From: Bacteroidales bacterium
GTDB lineage: Bacteria > Bacteroidota > Bacteroidia > Bacteroidales > FEN-979
DNA: 60,695 nt
Direction of reading: 5' to 3'
Assembly (NCBI GenBank): GCA_038212325.1
Contig: JBBQUQ010000006.1
Location: 1 to 60,695, forward strand
Below are positions 59,135 through 60,695 of the stretch, one piece after another. The notes under the pieces are model-generated. The model saw nothing but the letters and a program-made list of their open reading frames with translations, was not told where the DNA came from and made no database searches. The translations under genes and the position numbers were made by a program. Each line of letters starts with the position of its first letter. Positions within the stretch are counted from its first letter, which is position 1.

Positions 59135-60069
59135 CCTCTAACGATCTTCACACATTTTGGCAACACTTCAAAGGTAAAAGGGGTATGCCCCAGCGACTCT
59201 CCGTCGGTTTCAAGGAATACCTTTCCCGACGACCTGATACGGATGTTTTCGCCTTTAAAGGTCGCGACCATCGGAAGGTCGACCAGGGAGCCGTCGAACA
59301 GTTTACGGGCATAGCGGACCACCATCCATTTTGATGTTTTTTTGATGAGGGTTACATCGAGCAATCCGTCGTCGGGAACCGCAAAAGGAACCTGCATCAT
59401 CCCCCCGCCATTGTACTTGCAGATTCCGACATTCATCGAGAAAATCTCGCCTTTGAAGGCCGGCTTGCCATCGACTTCCACCACTGCTTCGATGAACTTA
59501 TACTGAAAAAGGCTTGCAAACACAAAATACATGTAGGTCAGCGGTCCGCCCAGCCCCTTTTCTTTCAGCATGTTGGTCTTCTTGGCCACCAGCGCATCAT
59601 AACCCATTCCGGCTACATTCATGAACCAGCGCTTCACCTGGTCATCCTTGTGGTAATAGGTCACTTTGCCGGCATCCTGTAGAAAGGTTTTGTGTTGTTT
59701 CAGCACGTGGATGGCCTTACGGTAATCAAACGGGATGTTGAACATGCGGCACCAGTCGTTACCGGTACCAACCGGGATCATGCCAACGGTGATTTCAGTA
59801 CTTATAATTTCATGCTGGCCCATGATGCCGTTGAGCACCTCGTTCAGTGTGCCATCCCCTCCCACCACACAGAGGTTCCGGCAGCCGCCTGCAATGGATT
59901 CAGCGGCAATGTCAATGGCGTGTCCCCTGCTTTCGGTAAGCCGGAAACCAAAATCCACGCCCTCCTCCTTCAACAGCCGGAGTATTTTGGGCCAGTCTTT
60001 CGTCCCCTTTTTAACCCCGGCATTCGGGTTGACGATCATAAGCCATTTATCTATAGAAACCGGTTCCAT
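59131..60069 (-). CDS. Diacylglycerol kinase family lipid kinase (YegS/DagK-like)
   Basis: IVNPNAG, VGGDGTLNEV, PVGTGNDW, YNGGGM, ETDGE. Confidence 0.92.
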   Translation of the reverse strand: MEPVSIDKWLMIVNPNAGVKKGTKDWPKILRLLKEEGVDFGFRLTESRGHAIDIAAESIAGGCRNLCVVGGDGTLNEVLNGIMGQHEIISTEITVGMIPVGTGNDWCRMFNIPFDYRKAIHVLKQHKTFLQDAGKVTYYHKDDQVKRWFMNVAGMGYDALVAKKTNMLKEKGLGGPLTYMYFVFASLFQYKFIEAVVEVDGKPAFKGEIFSMNVGICKYNGGGMMQVPFAVPDDGLLDVTLIKKTSKWMVVRYARKLFDGSLVDLPMVATFKGENIRIRSSGKVFLETDGESLGHTPFTFEVLPKCVKIVRG

Positions 60070-60127
60070 TTCGTTTTTCCTGATCAATGCAATAAAGGTA
60101 TAACTTTTTTATCTAATGCTCTATTTC

Positions 60128-60194
60128 ACCTCACCCCCGGCACCCCCTCTCCTAAAGGCGAGGGGGACATTCTCCATTAGGAGGTTGGGGTGGT
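60128..60194. repeat. Third, degenerate copy of the GC-rich palindromic element
   Basis: ACCTCACCCCCGGCA-CCCCCTCTCC taaa GGCGAGGGGG...GGAGGTTGGGGTGGT. Confidence 0.7.
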
Positions 60195-60314
60195 TTAAAT
60201 TAAATGCAAATTCTGACATCAGGTGTACCAATCACCTATTATTCATGTAAATTTGTAATAATGCGAATCAAGGAATTGATACCTGGAAATTGATCATCAC
60301 AAAATGAACGGGAT

Positions 60315-60695
60315 ATGAAAAATATAATAGCCTGTTTCCTCGCTCTCTGCACCTGGGGTTCTTACGCCCAAACGGTCGTCACCCTCCAGGGATTGTACCT
60401 CCGCAGCCCCGTGGCGGTCGATTCCATTATCCTGCAGAATCTCTCCAGACCCTCTGCCGTCGCCCTGCCAGCCCCGCCGGATATCACCTGCTACGATATC
60501 GACCTGGAGTCGGGCACCATCATCAACAACGTGAACGATCAGGACGATAATCCCGGGAGCCGGCTGTTGGTCAACCAACCCGGCTACGCAAGGTTCAGGC
60601 TTGATTTACATGGCTCCGGTTCCATCCGCGTCACCCTGTTCGATCTCAACGGTAAGACCGTTAAACAATGGCAGGAGACCACGCGGGGTGAAACC
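60315..60695 (+). CDS. Secreted hypothetical protein, 3' end outside the window
   Basis: Manual translation MKNIIACFLALCTWGSYAQTVV...VTLFDLNGKTVK, open to the window end; TAAATTTG box at 60248-60255. Confidence 0.7.
   Translation, partial: MKNIIACFLALCTWGSYAQTVVTLQGLYLRSPVAVDSIILQNLSRPSAVALPAPPDITCYDIDLESGTIINNVNDQDDNPGSRLLVNQPGYARFRLDLHGSGSIRVTLFDLNGKTVKQWQETTRGET

Overview
A 60.7-kb chromosomal window from a Bacteroidota bacterium, probably Bacteroidales. Support for this comes from TAnnTTTG promoter boxes, T9SS C-terminal domains, a BlaI/M56-TonB pair and an atpBEFHAG operon lacking atpD/atpC. Core blocks: a complex I operon with the NADH module (nuo(C)D-EFGHIJKLMN, E. coli-like sequence type), the ATP synthase genes, tolC-MFP-tsaB, ispG and a DAG-kinase-family gene. 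The accessory DNA between them holds an MNT-HEPN toxin-antitoxin pair, a decayed HUH/Y1 (IS200/REP-associated) transposase between ~140-bp direct repeats, an AAA_14/DUF4143 ATPase, and many relics or pseudogenes eroded by internal deletions. The best candidate for an undescribed system is at 29.5-38 kb. There, a membrane TPR-sensor class III adenylate cyclase is flanked by two paralogous small proteins ending in GPCPxVCDxxSPIxxD, one cytoplasmic and one with an N-terminal hydrophobic segment. A lipase-like hydrolase, two USP genes and a PAS histidine kinase/NarL pair lie alongside. A GC-rich palindromic repeat family occurs intergenically and is also inserted in frame in tsaB. 7-8-bp tandem repeats occur at gene junctions and inside ispG. 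No rRNA, tRNA or CRISPR array was recognised. All family assignments come from motif recognition by eye; no database search was run.
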